Positions 13,190-27,247 are shown, counted from the stretch's first letter. The stretch: 64,000 nucleotides of DNA from Phoronis australis (GCA_002633005.1 NMRA01000303.1:248706-312705); one strand, 5' to 3'. The notes: generated from the sequence alone by a model not told the origin. Numbers and translations: made by a program.

Positions 13190-13614
13190 GGCCGGTTGCA
13201 TGAAACAGTCCCAAATAGGGACTCAACTAAGTTCCCTAAAACTTTTGCCCATTTGCGTCTTTGTTTACTCACAGATGTAATCTTTTTCTATCATGCCATC
13301 TTTATTATGATCTCCTCTTTGACTTAAGACATTTTCTAATAATATAACTAAAAAGTGAGCCCTGAATTCAATGACAAAATAGAGACTTACTCCTTAAGAC
13401 GTGCACGATGAAAATATCCCTATACATTTTTGATAATATTAAGCATTCAACGTCGAGTTCTCTCTCGATTTGTATCAAAGTAAAAAATTGACTCGGTAAT
13501 GAAACTAAAACAGCATAAGAAAGGACGATCCGTGTTTTCACTAGTCCACAAATACGCAGAAAATTTAGGGAACTTAGTTGAGTCCCTATTTGGGACTGTT
13601 TTATACAACCGGCC
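13190..13614. mobile_element. MITE, PIF/Harbinger-like, 3-bp TSD (ACT)
   Basis: ~50-bp TIR GGCCGGTTGCATGAAACAGTCCCAAATAGGGACTCAACTAAGTTCCCTAAA and its inverse; ACT on both sides. Confidence 0.8.
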
Positions 13615-15796
13615 ACTGTCGTTTAGACCTTCTTCAATGAAATTGGCATCCTGCAGACAGTAGATAGAATATTTGACCACGCATATAATTTTACGCATCT
13701 TAGTGTTTTCAATGTCCCTATAAATCATTGCAAGTACACTAAATTCACCCTTGGTGATAAATATATATATATATATATACATTAGAGTCCAAGGCAAAGA
13801 TAGCTGGTCTCGAAAAGCCTCACACACTCACAGGAAGTTGATAACGTGTGCGAAATGTGAAATAATATACAATACCACCAATAACAATGTACAAACAAAC
13901 AGTAACTCATCACCGAGGCTGTGGCTNGGTTTAGTTTCCTTTTTAAGTGAAGTCAAATTTTCACAAACAAACAAAGCTCAATTTTTTCAGGTTAACACTC
14001 TTTAGAATAAAGGTCCTTTGGTCTTGAGACCAAAAACCTATAAAAAGGCCACTGCTCCTAAAACGTGTTTCCTACTAACTCCCCTTTGTACTATCGACCT
14101 ACAGGGATGCTAAAGGGGACACACCTAACAGATTTGAACTACGAAGAAATCACAAAAGTATTGTTACTATTATAATTGTTAGTGTTATATAATTGTTTGT
14201 GTAAAATAGTGTATTTTAGTAACAATATAGGATCCACGTCCATGGTCTGAAGCTCCAGTGTTAGCTCCAATCCTTAGTGCGACAACAAAAAATGGTAGCT
14301 CTAATGTACAAACCTCAAAGCTAAATTCATGCTCCAGTGGTGACAAATATTCACCATATGAACAAGACATACGCGTAAAGTATAACTAAAGATTCCATAA
14401 CTAAATATATACCTCACAGGAATGATAGCTTTTGCTATGTGTGCAAGGATACCTGCCAAATGATTACAGTTCTACTCTAAGTAAATTGTGAAAAGTGTAA
14501 AAAATGAAACTAAGTACATACCTGTCAGGCCTAAGTTTAATAAAATATACAAAAAATGCCTGTAATTCCCTAAAATTAAGTCTTGGACACTGTAACAAAA
14601 GCTGTTTTATGAGAGCTTTCACAATGCATTTATTTTGGAAAAGAACATCCCGCCCAATCTTCAAACCTTTATCGTAGGAAAATGTATGTTTAAAAACTTC
14701 AATTTTATTTTCAGGCGATACATTGAATTAATATCAACAAGAGTATGAAGTCTGGAAACTTTTAAGATGAAGGGAAAATTTCCAAACTATGCAATGATGA
14801 TGAGAGGGATGATGACAATACGACAGTCTCCATCGAGGTGGGAAAATAGTCATTGGGATCTGTTTGTGATGCTCAAAGTGATGATTGCAGGACATTTGCT
14901 AATGGCGTAGCGAAGTTACCAGGATCTGCCCTTTCTAATGATAGTGACAATGAATATTTTAATTATGTTTTTGTGTCTTAAGCTATATAGTGCCACTTTC
15001 GTTCCTTAGGGTCTTCATCATCACCACCATCACTTCAACTACACTCTTTCAGAACCTGAGTTTTGTTAATTAGACAATACAGGCAAATGGCATTGCAGTT
15101 TTTGCAGTTTAAACATCTTTGAAAATAACTACTTTCAGTTATTGAGAATTGTAGTCACTATGCATGAGAGATTTTGTATGAAGAAAGCAAACACCAATTA
15201 TCTAAAACTGTCAAATTTTCTTTTATTACATTTTTAGTGGTAATTGTTACTAAGATGGTCGGATTTTAAAATTGTGGTGACTGGAAGTCTGCTCAGATGC
15301 GCAGGATGAAACTGTTTGTACATGCATATCACAAGCATTGTTCCTATGGATGTATATGTATCCTCTATTTTTGGTGCCCATCACTTGATTTTAAAGATAA
15401 TAATGGTATTTATAGTTCACTATGTGCAAGATCAATAAATGATTAAACGTTCATCTGTGAGACTTTTGTTGGCGAATTAAGTAAGAATGTCATTCAAAAT
15501 GGTGCCAACGTATTTGTAGACTAGAAGAGTATTTTTATCAAAGGTATCAACTTACACCGTAGAGCCTGACACAGATACATGTAGTGTCATCTGCTCACGT
15601 TTCAGAATAATAAACAGATAAAAGCATCATACATTTCTAAGTTCGAAAGTGGTAAAATCTGTTGTGGACGCATACAGGTTATTAAAGTGGTCTTTCGAGG
15701 CCTTTGGCACATAAAGAATTTAACCGAATGTGACACATGCATACATGTAGTTTCGGGGCTCGTATATTGGGTGGTTTGTAAGAACAGTGGAAAACC

Positions 15797-16015
15797 GGGA
15801 TATATAATGTAGTGGGACATATATCTAATGGGACATATAAAGTTGCGGGCTATATATTGTATACACCTAACGGGACGTATATACTTGCGGGCTATATATT
15901 GTACTGGGGCATATACCTAGTGAGGTATATATTATTGCGGGATATATATTGCTACGGGGCATATACCCAATGGGGCATATATAATTGCGGGCTATATATT
16001 TTATATATACCCCGG
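15797..16015. repeat. Degenerate GGGNYATATA minisatellite
   Basis: About ten variable 15-20 bp units (CGGGCTATATATTG, GGGGCATATACC...), resembling subterminal repeats of a DNA transposon. Confidence 0.6.
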
Positions 16016-17049
16016 AACAAGGTCTCAAAATTTTACCCCGCTGCAAGGTTTCAAATAATAACCCCACATCTGCATATAAACATGTATATATATATATACA
16101 TTAGAGTCCAAGGCAAAGATAGCTGGTCTCGAAAAGCCTCACACACTCACAGGAAGTTGATAACGTGTGCGAAATGTGAAATAATATACAATACCACCAA
16201 TAACAATGTACAAACAAACAGTAACTCATCACCGAGGCTGTGGCTAAGAACTCCCTGCTAGTTATGTAACTGACACTGACAAGTCGATGAGGGTTTTTCA
16301 CAGTGAGTGTGTGCCGATAGAAAGACTAGTGCAAGAATAGTAAACACAGCGATAACCCTAATAGTCTATCAACATAATAATGACAGACACTACAGGAGTC
16401 AAGCACTACGAAGAGAATCCGTACGAGCCACTGTGGTACTACCCCAATATCTTTTCGCTGGTAAAATCATTCATACTATAAAAAGGGGCGTAAGAACAGC
16501 GTTGTATTTATCTACGATCTCTTAGACACGAGTGGTAAATTAATGCCTTGTGAGTCTTTTTGTGCTGCACATGGGATTGTCCATCATTCACCGAATTTTA
16601 AACTTTAAGAAAAATCATCTAAACAATTTTGATTCCTTTAAAGTTACCTCTCCGAATTTGCTCGACTTTTTCTAATGTCTTCATTATTTATCATTGTTTA
16701 AAAGGTCAGTTTCATAAAAATGAAACTAATGTCAGGATGACTGTTATCTTCGGCAAATTTTCAAAATCACTGAATTTAATATTAATTCTTGGTGAATATC
16801 ATTCATATCAGCGGAGATTAATGGATCTTAAGCCATGTGTCGAATAATTAAAATAGAAATTGTCGAATATTATAAAACTGAAAAATACATTTTCTACAAA
16901 AATTGGGAATATTCCGAGTAGAACAATAGCTTGTGGTATGATATTGTATCTATAGGATGCACGTATGGATAAGCATCACTATTTTTGAAACACAGACGAA
17001 ATATAAACTCTTTCATACCATACATTTTTAAATTCTGTACCCCCAATAA

Positions 17050-17090
17050 TGTGTGTGTGTGTGTGTGTGTGTGGGTGTGTGTGTGTGTGT
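17050..17090. repeat. (TG)n microsatellite abutting an N-gap
   Basis: Read directly. Confidence 0.95.
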
Positions 17091-17404
17091 NNNNNNNNNN
17101 NNNNNNNNNNNNNNNNNNNNNNNNNNNNNNNNNNNNNNNNNNNNNNNNNNNNNNNNNNNNNNNNNNNNNNNNNNNNNNNNNNNNNNNNNNNNNNNNNNNN
17201 NNNNNNNNNNNNNNNNNNNNNNNNNNNNNNNNNNNNNNNNNNNNNNNNNNNNNNNNNNNNNNNNNNNNNNNNNNNNNNNNNNNNNNNNNNNNNATAATTA
17301 TGTACAACGTCATGGGTTGAACCCAAGTCGTTCGCCATACTGTTCGGATCAGAGACAAAGTGTATAGAGTGAAGAGAAAGCAAAGTACATTTAGCGTCGA
17401 GAAG

Positions 17405-17655
17405 GTTCGTAGAGGGATCAAAAGATGTGTTTCCGGAGGCTGCAGCAACAGCAGCCAGGCGGAGAACGTCTCGGTGTTCCGGAGGACACCAAAGTTGCGC
17501 AGAAGTGGCATCGCTTCGTGCGCCGAACGAGAGTGTGGGACGTCATCGTGGACCAAGCGATTCGGTCCGGGGCCACTCTGTGTTCTGCCCACTTTGAGGA
17601 CTCGTGTTTCGACTCCAGTCACAGGAGACGTTACGATAAAGGCCAGGTTCAATAA
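17405..17655 (+). pseudogene. THAP zinc-finger stub (transposase N-terminus), frameshifted
   Basis: RCVSGGCSN in one frame, then PEDTKVAQKWHRFVRRTR...LCSAHFEDSCF in another: C2CH THAP pattern with conserved P, W, F. Confidence 0.85.
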
Positions 17656-17693
17656 AGAACATTATTTATCATTCAGAAACATCAGCTCTTAAT

Positions 17694-17935
17694 TCAGGAT
17701 CGTCTGTGATGACTGGGTTGACTCGCTGAGCCCGAGGCCGCTTCTCTCGCGGGAGGATCTAGTTCGTAAGGCTCAAAGTAGAAAAGTACGCAGCCGGAAG
17801 CACATCAAACTTGTTCTCGCTTTCGTGCAACCCCATTTCCTCATCCTGGCCACCATTGCCGTACGTTTCTTCATAGTATTTGTTCAATTCTTGCTCATAA
17901 TCGTCGTCGCTTTCAAATTCCCTGCTCTCCGCTAT
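17694..17935 (-). pseudogene. Acidic N-terminal stub with FYFEPYE motif (KolX-like, inferred)
   Basis: AACA-ATA-GCG (likely mutated ATG), AESREFESDDDYEQELNKYY..., frameshift to FYFEPYELD. Confidence 0.5.
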
Positions 17936-18744
17936 TGTTCAGTGCTAGTCACTGATCTCTTGTGTTCAACCCATGACGTCACGAGGCGGCAAATGTGAAA
18001 ATTGGCAAAATTGAAAGAAAAATCAAAATTTCGAGCTAATTACACAAAATAAACATGGGTTTAGCTAAATTTTACGTCATACATTTAGTCTGTGGCCACC
18101 GGTAATTCAAAATGTGCAAAAATCCATGGTGTGTACTGTTTAAATTCTGTTTCTGTGGCAGTGAACCACTTTTAATGCAATTTAGTATGCTTTTCGCGTT
18201 CCTGGCTTCTTTAATACGTTCTTGGCAGAAACCAATTACCCTGTCCAGGTAAGCTGAACACAGCTTAACAATAGTGATCTAATGCTGAGCGGGTAACGCA
18301 CCGTGGATAATAAGGTGCGAGTAATTTGCCTTAAAATTTACCAGTATTGTGTGCCGTATGTGTATCAAAGCTAATGATTGTCTCAAACTTTCAAACACGC
18401 CATTCTTTGCTGCACTATTTTAAGACTGGAATTGAATATTGCATATCACAAGAAAAGAGTCCAGCCTTCAATCCTAGGATTATGGCCTCTCTGTCCCTCG
18501 ACCAGTTTTAAGATTAGGGTTACACATCCTAAGGGTTAGGGTGAGAGTTCGCCCCAGGGTTAGAGATACAGTTAGATTGTGTCCAGATATAACCAACAGA
18601 GGTCATTGTGATGGAAAAAGACCGTTCCTGCCTTGGCACACCGAAAGTGAAGACTAACGGGAAACCGTGATACATGCAGAGACAAAAAATAAACAGTACG
18701 TTTTATGCATTTTGGAATCCACTCAAAGAGAGGATACAGAAAAC

Positions 18745-19400
18745 AGTAATTTCAGATGGCTATGATTTTGGAGTCGGATTGTAAACAACAACTAAAATTT
18801 GATTGGATGACGGCTCTTTTGGACCACATTTGTGAAATCTAGACAATTTGTATTCAGAAGTAGCATTGGCAAGGAAGTGGTGCAAGTTGGTTCAGTGAAT
18901 CTGGTTTGCCTGTGCTCACGAACATGTGAAGCAGATTAGATTTCATTTTCTTCAAAATGGCGGAACTGTACTGCGGCGGTGACCGCGGAATGTGCTGCGA
19001 TTTCAGGTAGCTCTCAAAGAACCCAGAATTTGCAAACATCTGATTGGATGGTAGCTCTTTTGTGGAATTTGCAGTAAATTTGCATTCAGATTCTAGTCAG
19101 TGTTAGTTCGTATCAAGCATTGGCCGAGAAGTAGTGGTTTTGGGCTGAAAAGTGTCAGTTTTGCGTTTGTGACACTTTTTCTGAGCCTGACGTCCTTTTT
19201 GGTCCAAGTAAAATGGTATCAGTTTCCCGCGTATTCTCCAAGAATGCATACATCATACTTACGAATAAAACTGCCAAACATTCTGTCTGTAAAATATTCA
19301 AAATGCCAACATCTCACTCAAATACACCCAGTCAGGTGTAAAAGTTCGTGTTCAAAACCGCGGCTAAAATGATCGATAAAAATGAAGTTGTGTCAGCTGA
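18745..19400 (+). repeat. Diverged copy of repeat family D
   Basis: Shares TTCTTCAA(A/G)ATGGCGG and GATTT(C/T)AGGTAGC(T/C)CTCAAA blocks with 44938-46240. Confidence 0.5.
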
Positions 19401-19831
19401 GGTGCAACCATAGCAACACAAGTATAGCATCACACTTCAACGCTATTACAGAACTTAAAGGTGTACTGAGTGTCATTTAGGCTATTTGATTATTGCCTTG
19501 GGACATATCGTTTCACATAATAGAGAGTGGCGAATGTTTTTATCTAGTTTTGCTATAGTCACAAAATTGAGTCATAAGATAACGCCTTTTCATATGATCA
19601 ACGCTGTGATAACACTTTTACGCACTCCAAAAGCCCGGTTTAAGACGGAGAATTACGTCTAAATGTGAACGTGGCGATCACGCACACAAACTTTACATTT
19701 GAAGCCTGTTCATACGTAACTTTTTGCGGAATTTTCCGAGATGTTTTCCGCAAAATGTTTATTCGAGTGCACGCAGCGATTAATTTGGCATGGACAGGCC
19801 TTGTGCCAGGGACATGTTTTCAAAAGACCAT

Positions 19832-19967
19832 GGCTGGGTTGCATAAAACTTCAAAATTATCCGCTGGATAAGTTTGATTGCTGCGTGACGTCAGGTGCAT
19901 TGCTCAACAACAACAACGTGGCGCGTCATTGTTCCTATGCAGCGTATAACTTTTATGCAACCGGGCC
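19832..19967. mobile_element. Short Harbinger-like MITE
   Basis: GGCTGGGTTGCATAAAA ... TTTTATGCAACCGGGCC inverted ends. Confidence 0.55.
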
Positions 19968-22900
19968 CAGATACCCCATACATTTTAGAGAACTAAAAGT
20001 GAAAACGAGTTGTCATCGGCACCATGGTCTACGTTGGCACTCAACTAACGGAGCCTACATACATGCGCTAACTAAATTCAACCAGAACTCTCGTCAAGTC
20101 GCCGTCACAATGAAGATGGGATGGTATAGCCAGAGGCACAATGCGGTAAACTGAATACAATACTTTTTATTTAATTTCGTTCCTATTAACTTCAAATTGA
20201 GGGCACATCCAAATACTAAATTTGATTATTTCAACTCATGTTTCAACATAGCGAGTCCTTTTGGTCTAATAACGCCAAGTACACACAAAGGGAATTATGA
20301 ATAAAACTTTGCAATGATCGGCTAACGCTACCTGAGCTTCTGAAAATCTGTATCTATCCGTGGAAGCTTTCACTTTGTTTCTTGTATATTTTCACAATTT
20401 TATGACAATTCTTGAAAAATTGTTATTCAGGAGACAGTGCAGCTCAGTCAGTGGTTTGTTCGCCAGACTCCCGTTTGTACGCGGGTTGAATCTCGGAATC
20501 CAGCATCGTGTCTGTGAAACTAAAGACTGACAATAGGGATGATTTCTCTTTTGTAACTGAACACGTTCGTTATAAGTAAACTGAATATCTAGACGAGTAA
20601 TCTGTCAGTGGTTTTTCGTTATGGGGAACCTTAATTTTTTAGGAACTCCCAACTTCGTGGAAAGGAATATCAACGCGAAAAGGCATTTAGGTCCTTTACA
20701 GAGTGTGGAAGATCCAAAAGTAACCCCATAATGTCAGAATAATTTTCAGGGAGCGGATATCAGGTTCCACATTAATTTATACAACAAATGTAAGCGTCGT
20801 TGTGCTTCTAAAAAGCGGCGCACACGTTACGATTTTTCCTCGCAGTCTCACATTTTTTTGCCGGCGACAAGTTTGGTCAATTGAATAAGAGTGTAGGGCA
20901 ATATTTTGCTGGTTTGGTGGTCCGAGCTAAGTTTGGTAAGTTAGAAAAATAGAATGTGGTTGAGATGTTTATTGTAAGATAAAGTAATAATATATTAACT
21001 AATAATCGTGGCCAAGGCGCCTCGCAGCGGCTTCGTATACAGTTATCAAACTAAGCAATAATTGGATTCGAAAATAGTACACGGTATGACGCATACTTGT
21101 GTCCAGCTTGAGTGTGACTTGCTACTACAGACGAGCTTTCATTTTTCGCCATATCTGAAATCCTTCGATCAAAAATGTCCTAGTGATGTTGCCCGAGATC
21201 TTACGATTTTGTCGCCATTTATCGACGACGTTGTCGGCGATGAATAATCGTGTGCACTAGTCTTTACTTTCTGTTTTTCCGCTCACCTATCTTATAGTGG
21301 CTTGTTTTCCCCTTAAGAAATTAAGGATCGTGAAAAATAAATGAAGGCTAATGGAGCGCGAGCAAAATTTAATCCAATAAAAGTCGCAGTCTTCATAATC
21401 GAATTATTCTGAACACGCAGCCAACTTACATGTATGTGCTTAAAACCTTGTTCCAGCGGCTCCCATATACGGGAGATACTGTTATTATAAAATACAAAAT
21501 CGCCTAAGTTGTGTTTTCGCAATGGACTGTTAAATGAAACATGCATGTCGAACACGTAAGAATGAAAAGCAGACGTGTTCTGTACAGAACAAATGTTTTT
21601 TTTCTGGCATGTGTCTGCGTGTATTCTTGCACCTGACGTTTGTTTAAACAGGAGAAATATTATGGGTGAACAATATTTATTGAGGATAAATGTTAACGAG
21701 ATACATTATCGATTGTTCACAACAGCAGAAAATGTAACAAAGAAAAAATGCATTCATACACTATATTGTAGCCACAGTTACGTGTAGTTGAGGACTGAGG
21801 AGGGGTACATGGGACTGACTTATAGCAAGTTAGTCATGATCTAATTACTAGCGGCGTTAAGACGACATATGCAATTTGGTAGCCTTTTGAAAGTTGATAA
21901 CGACTTCAGTGCGCCGGTACAACGTATGCTGCGACACTCGACTAATGGAAAAACTGCAACTGGTGACGGGAACCTTGTGTCAGTACATCTCCATGGACCC
22001 AGTGTCCCCCTAAACTCAATATCCGCCTGCATGTATTTGAATTTTGAGCTCGGGTCTTCGCCGAATAACGGATCCGTAGTGTTGGCATTCAAGCACGTGC
22101 AGGCAGGACACTACAAGATCATGCTTCACCGGTAATGGGAACTGGGGAGGGCCATTGAAAGCATCTTGGTGAAGAGAAACCCGTCGACTCGTACTAGGGT
22201 GAAAATATGACTGGGATGACAACCACTTTATGATAGCTGGATGTGTCCCCTCGAAAATTTTCAGATACAACTGTTACGGGACATTGTCGGTTTTACAGTT
22301 TTACGCATCTTTGTGATTATTGTAGGATGGGATAAACTTGTTGAAATTATTATTGTAGGATAGGATAGACTTGTTGAAATTATTAGCATTGACCAAAACT
22401 ACAAAACAACATTGTTGTGCTTTTTGTGATTCTACTGTTATTATTAACGATGCTTGCCAGACATTCGATGAATTCAAGGACGGCCACTGTTAGTTATGGA
22501 CGGGCGTTAAGCTCCGACAGCGAAAGGATAGATTACGAGTGCGTGAAATTCGTGTTCTATTCTGTTCCGAGGGCCGAGGCCGATCTCAGAAAATTACCGT
22601 TCTCGCCGATAATATCACTTTAAATATTTTATGGTCCGCCCCACCAACCTCAGTACGCGGCGACCACGTTTGCTTCAAATATTTGTGAGTAAATTTCATT
22701 TACATTTCGCAGTATGGTGCGCCACACTTTCTCACCAGCCTTTCAAAATACATGTAGGAATAGTGTAGAAACGGCTTACAGACACCTATTTCACGATTGA
22801 TCACCACAGTATGGAGAAATTTTGATGTTAGTTGTCGTCTTCATAATGAAGGATGTGTTATTTGTAGAGCTTTAGTGGGTCCTGCCAGCCATATTGGGCA

Positions 22901-24571
22901 GCTGTTCCGTTACATATGGAAAAGGACCTGTCACGTGGCTAATGTAGACAATTCATTACCCAGTCAAAAAGAAGAATTGTTTATAAATACGGTTATCGCT
23001 TTGTTTTACCTGGCTCGTCCATATCATTGATCCCTATGGGGCTGCTGCGTCTAATATCCTTAATCCGTCTTCAGACTCATTCGTTAACGGTGGAAGATTA
23101 TTACACTCCTTGTACCGTATTTCGTTTGAGTTAATCGATAATTCCTTGAAGTCGAAATAGCTTCAGTTTCCTAACATACGATAGTCGGTCACAAAAGCTC
23201 CACTGCAACTTCACGTCTCATTTTGGTGGACAATACACCTATTATTCAAAAACCTGACCGAACGTTGACAGAAACTCAGCGTACAAAACTGAATATCAAT
23301 CAGTCGGGTCAGAAGATCACGTGTCGCAACAGAAGCCGTGCTCGCTCTACAGGGTGGATGAAAATAGACTGTCTGCAATAAACCTGGCGTTCCGTTGAAG
23401 AAACTAACTTTTAAATTAAGTCACTTGCTGCTATGAAAATGGTCTCCTTTATCGGATGAGAAGTGACTTAGGTTCAGTCTCCCAAATAACTGACAGTTCG
23501 TTATTGCTCGAGACTATCCTCAGAGAATAAATTGACATGCCGTGACAAGTTAAACATTAGAACCTTGTCAGTTTTGTCCAAGTCCAGAATCGCAAATATT
23601 TTGACAAAGGAACAATATGAGATCGATTTCATGACAGCAAGTACTCTAAATCAAAACTATGAGGTCATTTTGCTGCAATAACATATGAATCCTGAGGTAT
23701 AGAAACCGACTCAATTAAACAAAATTAAAGTTCATAGGAATTCGGGGTCTTTAAAACACTGTAAAACTAAATGTTCATTCAGACAGACAGACACCATTTC
23801 GGGTAAATGTAGGCCACGCTTATTTGGTTCAATATTTGGTTTCCGTACAAAGTTATCGTGTACAAAATAAAAGACTAGCTTGTGCAACGAAATTGGCGCC
23901 CATTTTGGAATAAGTTAAGCGACCCCGTCAAACTTTAAAAGAGACTATAAATACTCACTGACGTACGTCTGAGAAATCGTCGCTGTCTCAATTCCCAATC
24001 AATTCATTCAAAATACCTCTTTCAAAATCTTCGGCTTTGTGTACTTCAAGATAGCCAGTAATCATATGACGTCGCCTCTCTTATACGCTGTTGTTTCACA
24101 CATTTTTGTGCGTGAACTGTTGTGCTTCAACACTTGATCTCGAAATCAGAAAGTTCAGCCAATCTTTGAGATTCAGTAAAGAAGATAATGATAAGCTTTG
24201 AAACGTGTGCAACGTCAGGTGGAACCTGTTGTTTTTCGATACATAACGAATAATTGTAATTGTAATCCACACAAACACTCACTAGCTCCGCAGTCGCACT
24301 AAATCGAACGATCTGCCGCTGAGCCAACTACATGTAAGTGAATTAAATAATCTAAATGCGCGCGCTTTTCAGCCGCAAAAACGATAATGTCCCTTTATGA
24401 AAAAGCATTTTTACACCTCCGGTATTAGAGAAGTGTCGATGCAAACTGTGATCAGAAGCCATTCGTGCAGGAGTCGGTAGTTAATGGGGAAAGAAGTAAA
24501 CGGCAGGTGAAGCTGTAAGTAATCTCGATAGTAGTGGCACTGCTGGTAACTTGTTTAGACCGAAGTTGATC

Positions 24572-24660
24572 CAGGGGCGGATCCAGTATTTTGAGTTGGG
24601 GGGTAGGGCAGAGTATTAGCAAGGATTTTTTCCGTCAGATATTCGCACCTCGAACTGCCA
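24572..24660 (+). mobile_element. MITE family A, truncated copy
   Basis: CAGGGGCGGATCCAGTATTTTGAGTTGGG...GAACTGCCA matches the 5' half of 510-654. Confidence 0.7.
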
Positions 24661-25980
24661 AATACAATCTTTGTCTTTTCTTCCAAAAGAGTTCGCGGCA
24701 GTCATCAAACGATTTCAGTTTGTGAGCAAATCTCCGTCCACATGCCATGTTCATTATGTGAAATCTAACAAGAGCAACGCACAGCTTTGACATGCGCCCA
24801 TCGTGTGCATAACATATATTGCAGATACAAGGCATCATTTCTATTTCAAACATTCCCAATAAAGGGAGCAATCCTAGTAAACATAAAATAGTCTATAGGG
24901 GGGTGCATAGCAAGTCACCAATGCTTTGCTCAATAGGAACACACCTCCCAAAATCATAAAAAGTAGGTACAGCAGTATAGTCAGACACGTTCAAAAGTCA
25001 TTGTCATCAGTTGTCACGTTCATAAGGGGTTACGGAGAAACAACTGTGGATGCAAGACAAACAGGGGGTGCCAGAGTAATCAAACTGTCCAAAAATCATT
25101 GTCAGCTATGCTCTTCCCAGTACGAACAGGTGTGCCACTTTTCAGAACCATTCTTCAGATAGAAAGTCGGATGCCAAAAACAGACTCAAAAATAATGAAA
25201 ATGGCCACTAGGAGGCGTACACTAGGTCAAATCCATCTGAAAATGGGAAGGCGTCACGCCTCTTTTAATATAAACCTATTTGCCAAATTTCATAAAAATA
25301 CGTCAAGGAACTCCAAATAGTCTAACAGATACAGAAGAAATCAGGAAATAATGAAATTGCCACTAGGGGTCAGAGCGGTAGTCAGATCCGCCAGAAAGTT
25401 GTCATCATCCGTTGTCATCTTCCTACGACGCTTTCACACAGTAGTCAGAGCCGTCGGAAAATCATCGCCACAAAGATCCGTCATGTAAAGATACAGAGGA
25501 AAACAGAAAAAATAAAATCGCCACTAGGGCGCATAGCGGTAGTCGGATCCGTCTGAAATTCAACGTCGCCCGTTGCCCGTTGTCATTTTTACTTGCCAAA
25601 TTTAATAAAGATACTGCAGAGGGTTCAGGAGATACAGCCATGGCAACAAAAAACAAAACTGCCATCCGAAAATCGTCAACCGTCTTCTTTGTACTGTAGT
25701 GGTTCGGTTGATAGAAGGGCGGACGCCAAAACAGACTTGAAAACGATAAAAATGGCTGTTAGGTGGCGCAAAATACGTCAAATTCATCCAAAAACGGAAA
25801 GGTGGCGTCATCTCACTAATAGATACCTTCTGACACAGCGCCACCTATACTGAAAAGTGGCCCTGTGGAAACATGAATTCCGTGTGTGGACATCAATGTG
25901 CATGCTTGGTCGGAAGTTTATCGATCACATCGCTACCACTTGTACACGCCTTCTATGCACTGAACTTGTTTGGGCTTAAG

Positions 25981-26305
25981 CATAGGCGGATTTAGGGGGG
26001 AGGGGGGCCCAGGGGGCCCGGCTCCCCCCTTCCCCCTTGGCTGCCGTAAGCAAAAATGGAACAGCAACAGCGTGAAGCGCGAAGAAATATTGAGAAAGCA
26101 ACCAGTAGGACGCGGAGAAGGGGGTGCTACCAGATCGCGGCGTTCTTCCCGTGTTTTTTGGTCCACCGGTAGGAGTTTTCCGAATAGATGGTACACACAC
26201 TCGGCTCCCGCAACTTCGGGCCTGAGCATGTGCAATCGCACTTTGCCTGATTCCCCGAGACAACATGTTGCCCCCCCCCCTTATGCTATCCTAGATCCGC
26301 CACTG
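25981..26305 (-). mobile_element. MITE family A-related, inverted, perfect 5-bp TSD (TTAAG)
   Basis: TTAAG|CATAGGCGGATTTAGGGG...GATCCGCCACTG|TTAAG. Confidence 0.8.
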
Positions 26306-26663
26306 TTAAGCCACTGGATCGTAGTTTCCTTGATTTTGTTTTCTTCGATGACTGCTCGTTTTCCTAAATTGCAAATATTTAAGTCAAAGGTGGTGGCCAT
26401 ACTACGTCGCAGAAACTTGAAAGGGGTTTCCCAGATTTAAACCAATAGGAATGACTGAATGTTATGAAGTCGGTTTCATTACTTCAACCAACGAGAAGCC
26501 ATGTTGAACAACAATTCCACAGTGCTACCTCTCGTAGCACTGTGGAAGAGTGTAACTAATAGATAGCTGTTTGTCCGTTTAGAAACTGGAAAGATGCAGA
26601 GATAAACGTGAAAATTTTCCACAAGGGGGCAGAGCGGTAGTCTACTGGTAGTCGTCTATCAAC

Positions 26664-27247
26664 AGCCTCGCTGGTTCCCTACGTGCCTAGTCAGCACACA
26701 CGTATCACGCAGTGGCACGCGCTTTAGCATTGGTTGATGTAACCTCAGGGGTCATTGGTTAGCTTCACAGCACCGTAAATAATGGCGGACTGTGAACGAC
26801 TTTTAGCCTTGTCATGCAAGTGGTGTCGCCGCAACTATTTCGTTTCTGCAGTCATGTTTAATAGCCGAGTGCTTGAAGCACATACATGTACAATAAACAC
26901 ATATCTGGCCCATTTAACCGGTGTGTTAATCATACTGTATGAACACAGGACAGTATCGTAAACAAAAGTCACCGACAGTAGAAAGATGCACTCCAAAAAG
27001 GCGCACCCACAATTTCTAGGATTCACATTTCCTGAACATAAATTTTAAGCATTGATTTGTCTGTACAACAGACCACACTTTCTCTTCAGTTCATCAGTCA
27101 TGCCAGTTTGTTTGCGTAAAGCGCTGCCTGTTGAGAATTCTACTAGTCAATCAGAAACGCCGTCTAAAAAAATTTCCCGAGGAAAATTAAGTGATACCTG
27201 CGTGCTGGTTATCGACCATCTAGTGGCACGCCGGGAAATAGCGAGAT
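26664..27247 (+). mobile_element. MITE family B (~580 bp, AG...CT ends, 4-bp TSD), copy 1
   Basis: CAAC|AGCCTCGCTGGTTCCCT...GGGAAATAGCGAGAT|CAAC; body matches 48357, 51300, 52652. Confidence 0.85.

Larger units (their letters stand above)
17294..18139. mobile_element. Internally deleted Kolobok-type DNA transposon (left end lost in gap)
   Basis: Convergent THAP and YFEP stubs; 16-bp inverted repeat ACGTCATGGGTTGAAC (17307-17322 / 17964-17979) upstream of each; candidate right end before TTAA at 18140-18143. Confidence 0.6.

Noticed and set aside
15812-16261. 149-aa Tyr/Gly/Ile-rich ORF
   Set aside because: Translation of a minisatellite and (TA)n tract.
18510-18580. Interstitial telomere (TTAGGG)
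   Set aside because: Only a few scattered degenerate units.
20430-20520. tRNA gene
   Set aside because: Only weak A/B-box similarity and no cloverleaf; at most a decayed SINE head.
21841-23300. Possible decayed coding sequence
   Set aside because: No motif recognised in the frames I translated; many stops.
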